DNA of 64,000 bases from Trichoplax adhaerens (Eukaryota > Animalia > Placozoa). Location of the stretch: the NCBI RefSeq assembly GCF_000150275.1, contig NW_002060958.1, positions 100,966 through 164,965 on the forward strand, written 5' to 3'. The notes beneath the pieces are model-generated. The model was not told the origin of the DNA and made no database searches. It worked only from the letters and a program-made list of their open reading frames with translations. Positions 28,001 through 43,000 of the stretch are shown one piece after another (position 1 is the first letter of the stretch; every line of letters starts with the position of its first letter). A program made the translations under genes and the position numbers.

Positions 28001-31000
28001 AATATCGTAAGAATATCTCGGGTCCACTATAAAAAAAAGATTAAATTTAAAATGATGGATCAGCGTAATACCTTAACCTTATGTGATGTCGCAATAGTCA
28101 GGTAATATTATCAGTAAGGCATTGTATAGTGTTTTCAAAACAGAATTAGTTATCACACAATACAATGACAAATCCTATTTCAATCCTTTTGCTAGAAATG
28201 ATAGATTTAGCATTAACGTTACGGTATTTAATATCTTATTAGCACCGGACTATCAGTGCCGTATATTCCACCAAATATTACTGGAATAGATTTGACTGAG
28301 GTAATTTTAGCAGCATTTCACACGACTAACATCAGATTGAAATAAAATGGAAAATATTAAAGTTAATATGCTGAACTTTCGATTTCGGTTATTATTTGCA
28401 TCTTCTTCTTAAACCTTAATCATTTTTATTTCTGGTTAGGGATACGAATCGATATCAACCAATGCATCTGATTATGAGGGTCAATCAGTTTTAATCCTTG
28501 GCCAAGGTAAATCTCAAAGTTTGATAGCATTATCCCAAATCAAAATCAATACTTTTAGATAATGAATTAATTTCAGCTTCATTTACAATCCTTAAATTTA
28601 ATTTTCTACTAATACGCTATTTCTACTTGATCATCTATTGATAGGCAATTCGGCCTTCGAAACAGCTCAAGCAATATCTTCAACATGCAATTTTCTGCAT
28701 ATGCATGGAAGGTAAACCATTTTCAATTAAATTAAAATTATAATAACATCCAAAGCATGAGCATATAATTTAAAAAAAAAAGTATTTAATCGTCTCATCT
28801 AAAAATTCTGAAGGTTTTACATCAATAATTTACGCTCTTATAAATTATTATTCATTCCTAAATATTACTTCCAATACTTTTATAGGGGTGGAGTTAGGTT
28901 GGCTACATCAACCCACTATATAGGAGATGTTAGGTAAAATAATGATAATTGCCAAGTAGAAGTAGCCTAACTTATATTGAGTTTAGTGAAATGTATCAAT
29001 AGTCATATTAATTGAGTAGAAATGTAAGATAAACATCTAAAAAATTAACTCTTGTCAATGTAATTTAGTTATATGCATTCCTAACAGATAAAAATAATCC
29101 TAACATGATCTAGGAGTCACAGATAAAATAGAATATTTACATTAATTTTCTAGCTGGTATACGATTCTGGTACGCTTCATTTCATTTTGTAACTCATTTC
29201 AGTCTGCTAGTTTACTCATCATCCCTTGCAGTAAGCTAAATTCTCCAAGTCCATAAATTTAAGGATTTATATTATTAAATTTTATACGTCTTGGTACAAT
29301 AATATCATGCTATCAGTCATGAACTTCCTTTGATTTAGTAGTACTAACAATTGCTTAGATTGTGGTAGAAATTCAAACATCAACTAGTTATAATACAAAA
29401 AAGGGATTCAACTTTTAATTTATTTCTTGCGATCTAGGGCAGTAAATTCTAAAGTAATTGACTCCTATCAACTGAAAACGCTAGATGGACTTAATGGTGA
29501 GGAAACTTTTTAAAAATGGGAATGTCTTTACATTAGCAATGTACTATCGTTGTATCAAAGTTAGTTTTTATTGCTATCCAAATATCTGTATAATTCATAA
29601 ATTTTTCGTTACTGTGAAAGCATTTATGATTTCAATTAATTAAGATTATGTCGCACCAGATTTACCTTTAAAACTTTACAAGTTTTTAGTCATAACATTC
29701 TATTTCTTTCTAAAAACTTCAAAATCAGTCTTGTTGGATTTCATAGCTATTGTTGAAGCTTACGGGAAGAATCACTAAAAATCTCAGTTATAGTTTATAA
29801 TTACTTAGTAAAGTTTCTACAATTATAATTAGTCATCGAGGCTATAAAAAATTCTTAAGAATACTACTTAGATCTAATAATTTATAATGTGTAGAATGTT
29901 TTAAAAATGGTCCAAATACTCAATCGATTAATGTGATATTAAGACTACTGACTACCATTAGAAAACTGAATAGAACTTTATGCTCTAAGACAACTAGTTT
30001 ATTTATACTATATAATTGTTACTCTAGGGTTATTAATTGTCCTGTAAATATTAATTATTCATTCTATCGTATAGAGCAAGATATTCGAAAGATGGGATTT
30101 GTTAAAACTCCAGACAATAGGATTAAGGATTGTCCAAAAACATCAAAAGGCGATCTCGAGGGTAAATGATAGAGTAAAACTAATCGAGGGAATCTAGGAA
30201 TAAAATTATCGAAGATAAATAAGTCCGTAATTTTGTAATTTCAAATCAAAATGTTTTTATATCAATTGAAGAGTTCAGATTCTAGTTGACTTCGTATTAT
30301 ATAACGACATTCCACGCTACAGCTACCTTTGAATTCCTTATGGAATGTTTAATTTCTAAGAAAATTAATTGATTAAATGTTTCGCTAATCTTTACGATCA
30401 ACGACATTCCTCACTATCCGATATAATGGCTAATTTCATGTCCGCTAGTAGCAGTTTTATCAATTTCGTTAATTGCTTGCTATTTTTCTTATTTAGATGA
30501 CATAAGAAATAGTGGCTATGACCGCGTTATCCGCTGCCTAGGATTTCAGGTTTTACTCAAAATATGAATTAATAAATTAAGCTGCTGCCAATATTTGGAA
30601 TAACAAATAGAAAATTGCTTCTTTTCCAATATCAAGATAATTTATGTCAGTTTCAATTTAGGAAGATTTTTATTAATTTTATCATTAGCAAACACAGTAA
30701 CTAGTTTCACTTGTATATAATTAACTCTACGTCCTGTAAATAAATGCGCAATTACAACATCTGAGATACGACTAAAGTCCGAAATACATAATAGCCAATT
30801 TCGTACCTTCGCCATAATATATGTGTATATTCGTATATTAGTATATGTTGGTTTTTAATTTGTCTAATTTTGTATGATAATTGTAAATTATACCAGTATT
30901 TTTTACCGCGAATTTACTTACAACCCTTCAAATTAGCATGATCGCTCAATATATAGCGTAAATGCTTATCCTAAATCAGGTAGTGGGCGCTTGTATAAAT

Positions 31001-34000
31001 ATCCGGAAATTCGACCGAATTTTGAATCTGTTTCAGTGCCAAAGATGTTTTTTGGTATAATCATAAAGTAAATTTATCTGTTATATTATACTCTATTATA
31101 ATATTATCGTATTAGTAATTATTTATTAGCAATGATATCAAAATAGCTTAAAGGTTTTAGAATACCTAGCTGATTACTTTAAATTATTTTGTCTTCTTCG
31201 GACCCAACAATTGTATCTCAATCCAACTTTTGTTTCAGCTGGTGCACTGACCCACTCTTTGGACTTTCGCCATTCAGGTGGATGTTGCATTCAGGGTTTT
31301 CGATATACAGGTAAATTCCGTTCAATATAACAATTAGTAACTGCAGTAATTAGAAGTACTCTGAAACCGATATCATATTGTCACGGTACGGACTACCGTG
31401 AGAATAAATGATTAAATTTAGTGTTAAACATTTATATATGGAGATAACTATTAATGACTGTTACAAAACAGCTTTGCTACAAGATAACATAATATACGAT
31501 CAATAAGTCAATTCCTTGAACCACGTATCAAGGAACGATATCTGCACTATCACAAACACTTTTGCTCTACTAGCAGACTACACAAAGACTTAAACGCCTC
31601 GTATTTTACGTTAAACACTAAGTTGGAGAATTATCTTTATTTTACGATATACTGCATTTATATACTATTCCTCAATAGTTCATGAGTCATAGTTAATACA
31701 ATTAACCTCGGAATCATTTACTGAATTAGATATTAATTTTAGCTACTGCTCCCTTAATGCAGACAACAGTATTTACCAACATAGACATGTAATGACTAAT
31801 ACAGAATAGTCAGATTACGATATGTCTTATCACGGAACATTTCCATGATAATTTACAGTCTACCATAAGTAAATTACAATCACAATGATTGGAACTGTAA
31901 GCAGATGATTTGCATTCCCTATTATAACTATTAATTTCAGTATGTGTATAAGTGTCACTGTCATAAAAAGTCAGTGCTATATTAAAACACAGTATATCCA
32001 AATTATAAGTTAACTAAATAAGGACTGGCTAACAGAATTATCCTAACATAGTTATTTCTACTGTAATACAGTATATAACACTGTAACAATGACCTACAGT
32101 AAGAACTACTGTAGTTATTATTTTATTACAGTAAATTATGCTGTATTGTAGTAAGAGTTCTCATAAGGTAACTAATATTAATTGATGATATGAGCTAAAT
32201 TTGGTGAACTGTTATGACTCATACATGATAGCTGCTGCCGAAGGGTATTTAAGCTCGGCAGATAGTGGAATAAATGAAGAGTTTTATAGTTGTTTTAACG
32301 TAGAAGCAAAGGCGTCTAAACTCTTGCAAGGTAGTTAAGGGATACTGAATCCCAGAGACTATAGTAATTTAGAGATTTGTTTTACGTTATCTTTGTAACG
32401 AAACTGGTTTGTGACACATATTTACATTTTAATCTTTCGTTTAGTGCGTGCCTTGCATCGTCTTCTGGAATGGAGATATCATAAACAGCCATGGCCTTCC
32501 ATACCAGTTACCTCAGCAAATTTAATAGATCATCTGTTAACTCGCATTAATCAGGCATCGGTTAGACTATAAAGGCTATACTTGTTATTTATTATTTTAC
32601 ATTGCGATATTAATGGACATATCCATTTTAAGTAAACTAATACTACATAATTGTTTTTAGATTAATCGAGGTTAAAGTTAGTAGAATAATGAAAGATTTT
32701 TTTCATTTTATGTCCGAAATTTTTATTCAGGGATTATATCAAATGTTTGGAAAGCTCGTCGATATTATTATAATCGGTAAACATCTGCCTTAGTGTATAA
32801 TAATTGTAAACTGTTTTTGTAATTAAAGTTCTATAAATAAACTATGGCAGCAGGCTAATAGGATGTGTATAATATCTAACAAAATTATAAAATTTTATAT
32901 GATGACCTAAAAATTTAATTTCATCAATTTTAATCGTTACCACACTTAGGGCATAATCACTCGCATCAGTATCTAGAGGAGGTTCCTGTAGGAATTATAC
33001 CGGAACTAAAAAGTTAGCAAAAGTATCATTTGCACAGATATCGTTTTTTCACTAAATTCCAATTTCTATATTTAATAAAAAAATTTTACCATCAATACAG
33101 GCCCTAATTTTATTTAAATTTAAATTTTTAGCCGAAACTGGTAGAGATATAAAGAATGGTTTCATTACTCTTACTTTTGAATACGGTAAAGAATTTTCCG
33201 GGAAAGGGTAAAATGAATATCAGTATTTTTCAAGCATTAATTTAATATCTGAAAATGCTATACCGTGATATACTCGAAATTCTCTAATATTTTAAGTTAC
33301 AGTATTATATTAGTTATACTATAGTTTGGAATTTTCTAGATTTACATTAGTTAACATCATATAGATGATAAGACTAATTAGGATCTTAACATTTTCCACC
33401 GATATCTAAACTGATCAAATATTCCGATTCCCGACTTAAACACACATCTACTTGGATAGTTTTATTTCCTTGTTTACCAAAGAGATTCTTACCATAAATT
33501 TCAGTTTTCGCGATATTTCAAACTGTAGTAAATTTTCAAATACCTTACTTTAAATATATCCTACTATAACAAACATGATCACGCAAATATTAAATATAAC
33601 TGCAGGGTAATAACATTTTCGATCAGCATTTTTACTGGCTAAATGCTATGAAACAGAACCAAGATCATAACGATATAAAAATTTTATTGGGTATTCTAGT
33701 CGATAGTAAAATATTTTGCAATGAATTGGAGTAGTCAACAAATACTTCAATTGATTATCCAGGAATACAATCTAAACTTAAACCAATAATTTACATTGCT
33801 CGAGAATTTTAAATTTAAATTTTCTAATTATACCTTGCTTTGAACTTTAGCAAGGATACTTTGGGTCCTGAAAATTATAATCATACCGCGAAAACAGCCC
33901 ATCGAAGTGGGAATATTCATCCAATAATTCGATATTATAAAAATTTTATAAAATGTAAATAATTACAGTCTTTCTTAATCATCTTAGTAATCGATGAAAC

Positions 34001-34711
34001 TATGAAATATAGCGAATAAAATCATGTCATTACATTTTGTGTTTGATTACATGGATTAAAGATTTGACCTATATACAATAGCTTATAGAATAGAAATACA
34101 GTATGTAATTATCGCATTTTCATATATAATTTTAGTAAAAATTCTAATAGCTATCTTTACTCAACTATAGCTAAGAAAGATGAAGCATCAATACCACCAG
34201 CAAACAAGGAACACCATGTTTTGGAGGATTTTCTGACAGACTGGTTTGACAATGATATATTCTAAGCACGATTACAAAATGAATTTATAGCATTTTCAAT
34301 TTAGAGTAAAAACTACATATCAACCAACTAAATAATCAATTCTGTCGGATAGGAGCGTTTACAATCATCATGGTCATTACATTAATCTATTTATCCAAAG
34401 TATTCTTCAAACCGATCTTCGCCATTTTTATGTCAAATCTTGCTTTGAGGTAAATTGAATCTTAACCGACCTAAATCTAATTGCGATTGGAAAATAGTAC
34501 TACTGTGTCAAATTCCATTTATTTCGATTGAGCTCTAACTTAATTAAGTATAGCCTTCTAGTATTAAGTTCGTAATCTTTGTATGAATCAATTTTTTTGA
34601 TAAATGTATTGACCATAAGTTTCATAATCTAATTAGCTATCCATGACTTTCAAAACTTTACCGACAAGTTGTGATCGCACCGTTATAGAAAGATCAAAGC
34701 TAAAGACTTAA
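25039..34711 (+). CDS. FOXRED2: FOXRED2/ERFAD-like oxidoreductase, copy 4 (complete; GGCCIQG type)
   Basis: ATG 25039; exon 1 reads [40 protein letters not shown]. The 22 exons splice in frame. Motifs: [58 protein letters not shown]. Exon 14 (31239-31310) reads [24 protein letters not shown]. Last exon 34637-34711 ends [12 protein letters not shown]. Confidence 0.94.
31379..32416 (+). mobile_element. Solo-LTR-like element (about 400 bp net), interrupted by a nested second element; in intron 14 of copy 4
   Basis: Termini TGTCAC...GTGACA with a perfect 5-bp TSD CATAT (31374-31378 / 32417-32421). TATA-like TATTTAA at 32246-32252 is followed by AATAAA at 32269-32274 near the 3' end. Its right end, reverse-complemented (tgtcacaaaccagtttcgttacaaagataacg), resembles the end of the nested element. 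Confidence 0.75.
31459..32088 (-). mobile_element. 630-bp solo-LTR-like element, copy A (nested insertion)
   Basis: Termini TGTTACA...TGTAACA with a perfect 5-bp TSD ATGAC (31454-31458 / 32089-32093). On the minus strand, TATATAAA (31664-31657) precedes AATAAA (31641-31636). Near-identical to 43797-44426. Confidence 0.85.
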
Positions 34712-36706
34712 CTTCTTCACAAGCCATCGATTGTTAACACTCTGTTAGCGATGCCGAAATCTTATGACTATATCTTGTTCTTTCAATAATTAATTAATTA
34801 ATTAACGAAATACTTTTATAATTAATATATAAAGTTATTTTTATTAATTATTTTGCTAAATGGTTGTGTATCAGAAATTATTCATTGTCTTTCGTAGCGG
34901 ACGAAATGTTCGAAATAACAGCGCTGAAATACCCATTGATGATATCTACTTAATATGTAACCATACATATCTGTATAAGCCTAAACTAGGTGATAAAATT
35001 AGCATTTAGTTCCATCAATAGATTGGTATCAATTGCTTTTGCATTTTACTAGCTATAGGTACTGGTTTTCGAAAATTAGAGTTGAATCTAATCACCACCT
35101 GAATTTGATACTCTTTCGGGAATTCACTAGTCAATATTGCATATCGAGGGTCAAACACGTATAATAATTTTAATCTTGCTTCATCGGACATTTATAAAGA
35201 TAGTCTCAAACACATAGGAGACGTAAAATAATCCTTATCCCAGCTATTCTAATAGCATATCATGGAAGAATTCTAAAAATTGGCTTTTTATACGGTCGAT
35301 GCAATTTTACCTTATTCTAATATTAAGTAGAAAGTAAAATGATCCATACTCATCATGCATAAAGCTGTCATTTATGTGGTATTTTATCATGTTGTCTAAA
35401 CTTAAATGTAACAATAGTAATATAAACAGTTTAACGGACTCAAAGATAAATCGACAATATGCTTAACTAATCAATCAGTCAACGTGTTAGGCTTATGCCC
35501 TCAAGCCTATCGATAACTTTCCACTTTCTTCTTAACATCTTACGATTTACAGTAATCTTCCTTTATAATAACACTCCTCTCATATCTTGAATTTGACTTC
35601 TAGCGAAGCAAATTACTATATCCATTTATAAGCTATTTCTCAACCTACCTCTGACAGGAGCGGCGAGTAAAACATAGCATCAATACTAATATAGTGCAAG
35701 TACTGTAAACAATTTGTCCTTCTTCTTACAGTAATACTGCACTCTTTAGCAGCTAATTACATGCATAATTACGCATATTATACCCATAAAAAAGAATTAT
35801 TCACCATTTTCACAATATAGCTTCTTGTACTTTATAACGTAAAGCACAATAGGTACTACATTGCTATAAATGGTATCATAGAGTTCTAAGGAAGCACCTG
35901 TTGCATATATATCGTGGTTATAACCATAAGAAATTGATCAGCTTTCCTTCGCTTTTAGCAAGGAAATTTGTATATAAATTGCATTTTACACTTGAAAAAC
36001 AGCTTATACGATCAGTACATTAGAAATCTCTTCAGCTATATTTAGATTAGTTCTCAATAAGGCAAAAGCTAGCGCATATATGCATAGCATCGCCAATGCA
36101 GTCGCATCTTGTAAATAATAACATATCGGAACCTTATAGTAAGTCCTTTATTCTATTTAAGATTATATAGTATATAAAATACTCCGCTGTACGCTGTAGA
36201 CGTTATGTATATAAATAAGATTGACTATATTGTTGTCAGAAACGTCGATATCAACAAAGCATATTGCTTTCTATAAAATTATTGTCAATATACAGTATTA
36301 AGCTATTCATTGTAGATAGAACGGAATTAGAAAGTTACTGTACAGGAAGGATTACGAACGTGAACAATGCATGTCATCAGAAAAGAAGCTTGAATTAATT
36401 TCAATATAGTCCATGTTATAGCTTCATGACTGTAGCTTTCGTGTATGGCTCGTGATTTAAATCATTTCGAATTTTAGGAATATGCAAGAGCAATATTAAA
36501 TACATCGATTAAACCTAGCATACTTTCTATTTTATCTATTAGAAAATCATCTACTATCGAAATAGACACTGCAATATGATAAATGCCTCAATCAATACAA
36601 TTTTAAATTATTTGCATTATGGCCCAAAAATTATTGTTTTTGTTATGCAAACTACGATGAAATAAAGATTACTATAACGCGTTAATGTGAATTATTCAAG
36701 AGACGC

Positions 36707-36970
36707 CAACAATGCTGTTTATTAATTTATTAAATTCTATTGCTACGATCTATTCTATTGAAAAATTAAAGCCTACATAATAATTGTATAGCTTGCAGCA
36801 GAATCCAAATTCAATTTTTAAGTTATCAATCATTCTAAAGATGTCAATCAACAATGCTATCGATTAATTTATAAAATTCTATAGCCACAATTTCTTGTAT
36901 TGAAAATAAAGCTTCCATATAAGGCGTATAGCTTGTAGCTGAGTTACCATTGAACTTTCAAGTTGTTAAA
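36707..36970. repeat. Tandem duplication, period about 142 bp, immediately upstream of the copy 5 ATG
   Basis: caacaatgct....attaatttat.aaattctat.gc.ac.at....tattgaaaa.taaagc...gtatagcttg.agc.ga at 36707 and 36849. Confidence 0.75.
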
Positions 36971-37010
36971 AAGAATCTCTTTTAGAGTGAAGAAGTGGAT
37001 TCAATCCATC

Positions 37011-40000
37011 ATGTTTATAGAGAGGAATAGGCTATTTTATTTCCTTGTTTTATTACTTTCTGCCATCGGAATCCATGCTAAATGTATTCATTATCAGTAC
37101 TGCATTATAGGCGCAGGACTAGGAGGTAAAGGGCATCATTAGATTTTATATACATCATTTTAGGTTAAGTCAAAGCCAATAGAAATTTCAAGATGCTTGC
37201 CTTTATCAAGCTTTAATTAGAGACCAGCTTATCTGTCGAAGTATTTCTAATCTTTCTGTCAAGAAAGTAATCTCCTGCATCTACTCCTTTTAAAAGTCCT
37301 CTATTGATTATTTAATGTACTTGTAGGGTTACAGATGGCTTATTACTTTCAACGTGCAGGCCGAGACTACGTTGTATTCGAACGGAATAATATTTCAGGT
37401 AGCCAAGTAATTCAAACATAGAGTTAATAATAAATAAGTAACTGGGCAATTTTAGTAGTTACCAAAACTTTTAGAGTTAAGTTAGGTAGTCAATGGATTA
37501 AATCTATTTATAATTATGAACGATTGAATTTGAAGCAAAACCTTATTTCATGCATAGAAACTCAATTCCAATGTTAAAACGCTTTCTGAGCATTACGTTT
37601 TAAGTTTTTATCTAAAGTTTCCAGATCATGCACACAAGCTGTGGATGATTACTTTACTAATACCCTTGATCGAAGAAAAGAACAGGGTCTAATATCTGAT
37701 TAAGTATAGTACATTTAATCTAAATTTACGTTAATCTTTCATCTCTGGTTAAATTCAGTGATAACATCAGTGCTTGATAAAACTTTGGATTTTACTACAT
37801 TCCCGATAAAGGGTTGACATGTAAGCAACTGTAGGAGGTTTAATTAAAGTTCACGTTAGTCTTTTATCTCTCGTTAAAATGATCAAGCGCAACAGTATTT
37901 GATGAAATATAGGATTTTACAGCATTTCTTATACAGGGTTGATATCTAATCAACCATAGTAGGTTAGTTTAAGTTTACGTTAATCTTTATCTCTAGCTAA
38001 GTTAATCAAGAACAGCAGTGTTGAATGAAACTTAGGATTTTACTGCATTAGAGTTAATATCGATCGATCTACTCACTTATCCTCTTCGTAAGTACACCGG
38101 CTAGACACTTGATAATTTTAGTACTAAAATCTGTACATTAAAGATAAGGATATCAATAGAAAGATTTAGTTTCTATTAATGTCTGTGGTTCAGTAATCTA
38201 AATCGCACAGCAAACTGTTACTGTACCTTATATTGTATTATCAACCGGAACAACTATCATCAACGAATAAATATGTACGCTCTTACATATAGTCCAACTA
38301 GACTAGCTTATATCAACTGTAATTATCTAAAGTCTTGTACAACTTGTAGCTAATAATTTTAACATTGAAAAGAAGATAGTTATATCTACTTTTCCATAGC
38401 ACTAATAACACCATCTGATAAATGCTCCCGGATCGACCTTTTAGCGTAAGAGGCAATACTATCTTGCAAATGTCTGACGGTATATCAAAACTATTTCGAC
38501 TACCGGCAATTGGCCTCGATTAAAGCGCCTAATCACGTTGACTTAGCGGTATATTACTTAACTGGTACCGGTAGTTGAACATTTGCTTAACTCGTAATCA
38601 AATCTGTAGATTTAGTTTAGCAATTTTAGGTAAAATTAAGGCTTATATTCCATAACTGCGAAAATCTAATCGTTTAAAACGTTATTTAATGTTAGGAATG
38701 ATCTAATAAACTTGTACGGTTACTAAAGATCGTTATAGGGCAAAAAATATCTGTAGTATTATCAATCTTGCTCCTTTCAATTTTAACATTTAACGTTCCA
38801 TATTTCTACCCTGGTAGCCAATTATTGGCAGAAATCTAAGGATTTTACAGTATAGTTAGATGCAGTATTATTTCGTAAGATTTCGTGTAAAATTACACAT
38901 TTTAAATTAAACTATATATTTACAGGATCCTTTTTTACTCACTATCCAAGGCACCGACGTCTACTTTCCATTAATAAAAAACATACAGGTAACGATCATT
39001 ATCTTAATATAATTATAGCAGCCAAATAATACTACCTCGCTTTCGTCCAATGTATTCGCATTACATGATTTGACAAATATGAAGTTAATTTAGAATGCTT
39101 TATTTTTCTCTCCATAGTGTCTGTTATGTAATTCACCTATATTAATCTACTGAGTATTACTAATAAGTAATAATAACCATTTAGGAGCAAAAAATGCTGA
39201 ATTTAATTTAAGACATGATTGGAATACACTTTTAAGCCATAAGAGTAATTTAACCATGACCCGTTATTCCGATGACATTTATCCACATGCCGACGACTTG
39301 GTATGTTGAAAATGTTTAGCGTATTATAGAGTATAGCTTATCATCAGCGATGAGAGCTGCTCCTCAGATTTATCAACGATATTATTTGCATTCCAAAATT
39401 TTTCTCTTCTTCTTTAATTTTTTATTACAGGTCAAATATTTAAATGACTACGCTAACGAGCTGAAGCTAATGATAAGATATAATAAAAACATCACTAGAA
39501 TAACTCGAGTTCACTCCAAGAAGTCTATTATTTTTAAACTAGTTGATCAAAATATGGAATGTTATGTATGCGATAGACTCATTATCAGGTAAACTAGGAT
39601 TGAAATGGTCACTCTTTGTGTACATAACTAATTTAAATTAGCTAATTACAATAATTATCAATGGTCGTTATCGCCGCATAAAATCAGTTATTGGAGACAG
39701 TTAGGGCAGATCTATCGTAATTTATTAAAGAGATACAATTAAATATAGAATGTTGGTAAAGTTCGCCAATACATGTGCGATATAAATCTGGAAGTTGCTT
39801 ACTTACTATATAATATTCCTGTTGATTTCAAATACGACCACAAATTAATCGTAAAAACAATTTTCGTCTAATTTAACGTAATATATAAATGAAATCAGAT
39901 TAAATGTTGCTTATTTTCATGATACTTTAGTATATCGGAATTGAGCGTCATTTCTTGATCCATAACTACAATAATAATCTACGTACCTTCTCATAGATTA

Positions 40001-43000
40001 ACTCGGTTAAATTCGTTTAAATATTATCAACAACTGTAAGCAAATGTACGGTTAATTATTTTTATACAATCTGTTTTGTCCTTGTATCTCTAGTACTGGA
40101 TTGGCAACACCATATATACCGAAATATGTACCTGGAATGGAATACATCGATGTTAGCATACGTATTTCAGCTTTAGCATGAAACTGAAATTATCAATATG
40201 ATAGCAAAAGGCAAATTTATGGACAAGTTTGCCATTATAAGCTCACTTGAGATGATTATATTTGTTCTAAATAATTCCTTTTTATAGGGTTATGAATCAA
40301 TTTCGACAAATGCCTCCGAGTTTATTGGTCAAAACATTTTAATTCTTGGCCAAGGTATGTCATCTATGGACTTAAATAGTATGGCAGTTTTATTAATGTC
40401 CTAAAATATGACTGCCATGCAATAATTAATATTATCTATCCTAAATATGTATACATTTATTATTGTCCAATATAACCAAGCTAATATAACCATATATCAT
40501 CGCAATTTGCTGATATAATTTAAATTTTTGCTAACTGTTTGAAATTTATAAATAATGATTCAATAAATCGAGTACGGTGTCAATCCTAAACGGATTAGTT
40601 CACTATAATATATTGAAATAGTTCAATTTTAATATGGCTTCAAGTAAATATGCCTATTAATTAAGTTATACGAATCTTATAAAGCGAACAGCATTTTACT
40701 ATAAACATGGCAGCGTGATAGCTGAAAACATTAAATGATGTATCCAGTAAATATCACAAAAGTGAATGACATTTTCAGCGAGTTTCGGTAAATTAAATAT
40801 ACAGTACTTACTAGCTATTATTGCGTTCTATAATTGATATAAATCAGAATGCCTTCCTCCTTATTGTAAAAGTTTATAATTATTTTAGACACGAAGTCAA
40901 AATCTTTTATTAAAGTTGAGTTAAAATATGTTTTAATCTTCATATAATCGATAAGGAAGCATCAATAAAATAAATCTACAAATCATACATTCAATCTTTA
41001 CTTGTATTTAACATTTACACATAGCTTGTATTTCAAATGTAATTTAAGCTAAATATTAGCTAATTTAACTTTCTTACCATTTGTATGTTATTATAGGCAA
41101 CTCTGGCTTTGAAACTGCTCAAAGTTTGTCCTCTGTTTCAAATTTCCTTCATGTTTTGGGAGGGTAATTGTGTGATTAATTATAAGTACAGTAATAAAAT
41201 AAATTAAAAGCATTTCCTATTCACCCCTTTAGTACCATTTCTTCATTTTTAATTTATCTTATTATAAATTGTTCTTCCATAATTCAAAATATCTTTATCA
41301 CATATCATATGTTGTGTATTGACATGAATTTTTTGTAGGAGTAATGTTCGATTAGCAACCTCCACCCATTATATAGGCGATGTTAGGTAAATTTTAAAGT
41401 GCTTTATTTCGATATTATGCATGTTTAATCTTATTCTGTACTTAGTTTAATTTAAATCACTATCGTAATGAAAGTAATAGATTTCGATGAGACGTAGTAG
41501 TATCGTGTAATGGCAATTTTGTGACTTTTACTACAAATTTGACTATAAAATTTACTTAACTTAGGGGTATTAACAGCAAGATCCTTGATTCATACCAACT
41601 AAAAACATTGGATGGGCTTTTAGGTACGTAAATAAGATATGAAAGTAAGGACATGCGTATGATTGTGCAGAATTCTATTGGTAAATAGACATTAGCTAAG
41701 AGCTGATTTAGGGTTGAATATTTTGTCGGTTAAAATGGTCTACATATGTTAAAACAATGATCAGTCTTTCGATCCGTTAATATACACCATATGTTAAAAT
41801 GTTAAATAATTTCATCTAAAAAATACTATGCGATAGCACCGTTTGATTATGAGATAATGACAACGATAATACAGAGTAGTTCAGCAACAAGATTAGTCTT
41901 CCAAGGAGATAATTCCATTTAGAAACCACATATTACATTAGCTTGACCATGATAAGGTTTTTGTTACTCAATGCAGTCCAACAAATACCAGTACGTAAAT
42001 AATTTACTGGCTAATTGTAATAAACTATATTTAAATTAATTTGCTACAGACTGCATAACTTTGGTAATTAAATGAGGCAAAAAGCCATTTATAAAATTAA
42101 TTTGGTTAATCGAAGGCATTATAAGTGGCCCATTAATAAAACATACTCTATTGTAGGGTCTATAGTTTTGGTATGATTTCGGACCAAAATTTATTGTACT
42201 GTATGTACTGCAGACATAGTTTAGTTGATTTGCTTGAATATTCATGTGCAACTTAATAATAATTGCAGAAGAACGTATTAGTGCCATTGGTTTTGTTAAA
42301 CGCGAGGACAACAAACTCCATCTTTGTTTTAAGGATGATAACTCCGGCAATTTAACAGGTTATTTACCATTCATTTGCTTTTGCCTGCAGATAATGGCTA
42401 TACTGATTTAATATTGAGGTGTTGCATATCTTTACTCTTGTTATTGATAAAATATATATTTCTATCTTTGGATGAATTTATTAAATAAAATCTTAGAATC
42501 CAAAAGTGATCTTAGATACGATCGTATAATAAGATGTTTAGGATTTCGAGTAAGTAATTAATGTTTTAAAATGTACAATGTATTATATATGTTTTACGTA
42601 GTATCATTCATATGAAACGTTAATATATGGAGTAATATCGATTACAAACATAATCTAGTAAAATGCTATAGACTACTAGGTACTAAACTAGTATTCATTG
42701 CGAATTTGATCTTATTAAGTATGACAAGTCAATATTTAGTGAAAACTCAAGACCACTATCTGGAAGAGGAAAATTATGGAAGTACCCTGAAATTACAGAA
42801 AGTTATGAATCGACATCAACTCCTAACATGTTTTTTGGTATTTATATCTCAGAATTATTTTATACACTGCTTTAAAAATCTATTTTTAGTTCTCACTATC
42901 ACAATGACATTATTTGACTTGATATCAATATTATAAATAATAACTACTCCCATTTACCAAATGGGCCAGGTTTATTTCAATTTCTGAAATACACATATAG

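Noticed and set aside
34694-34711. SKL tripeptide near the C-terminus of copy 4 (peroxisomal PTS1)
   Set aside because: Not terminal (SKLKT*), and the protein has a signal peptide.
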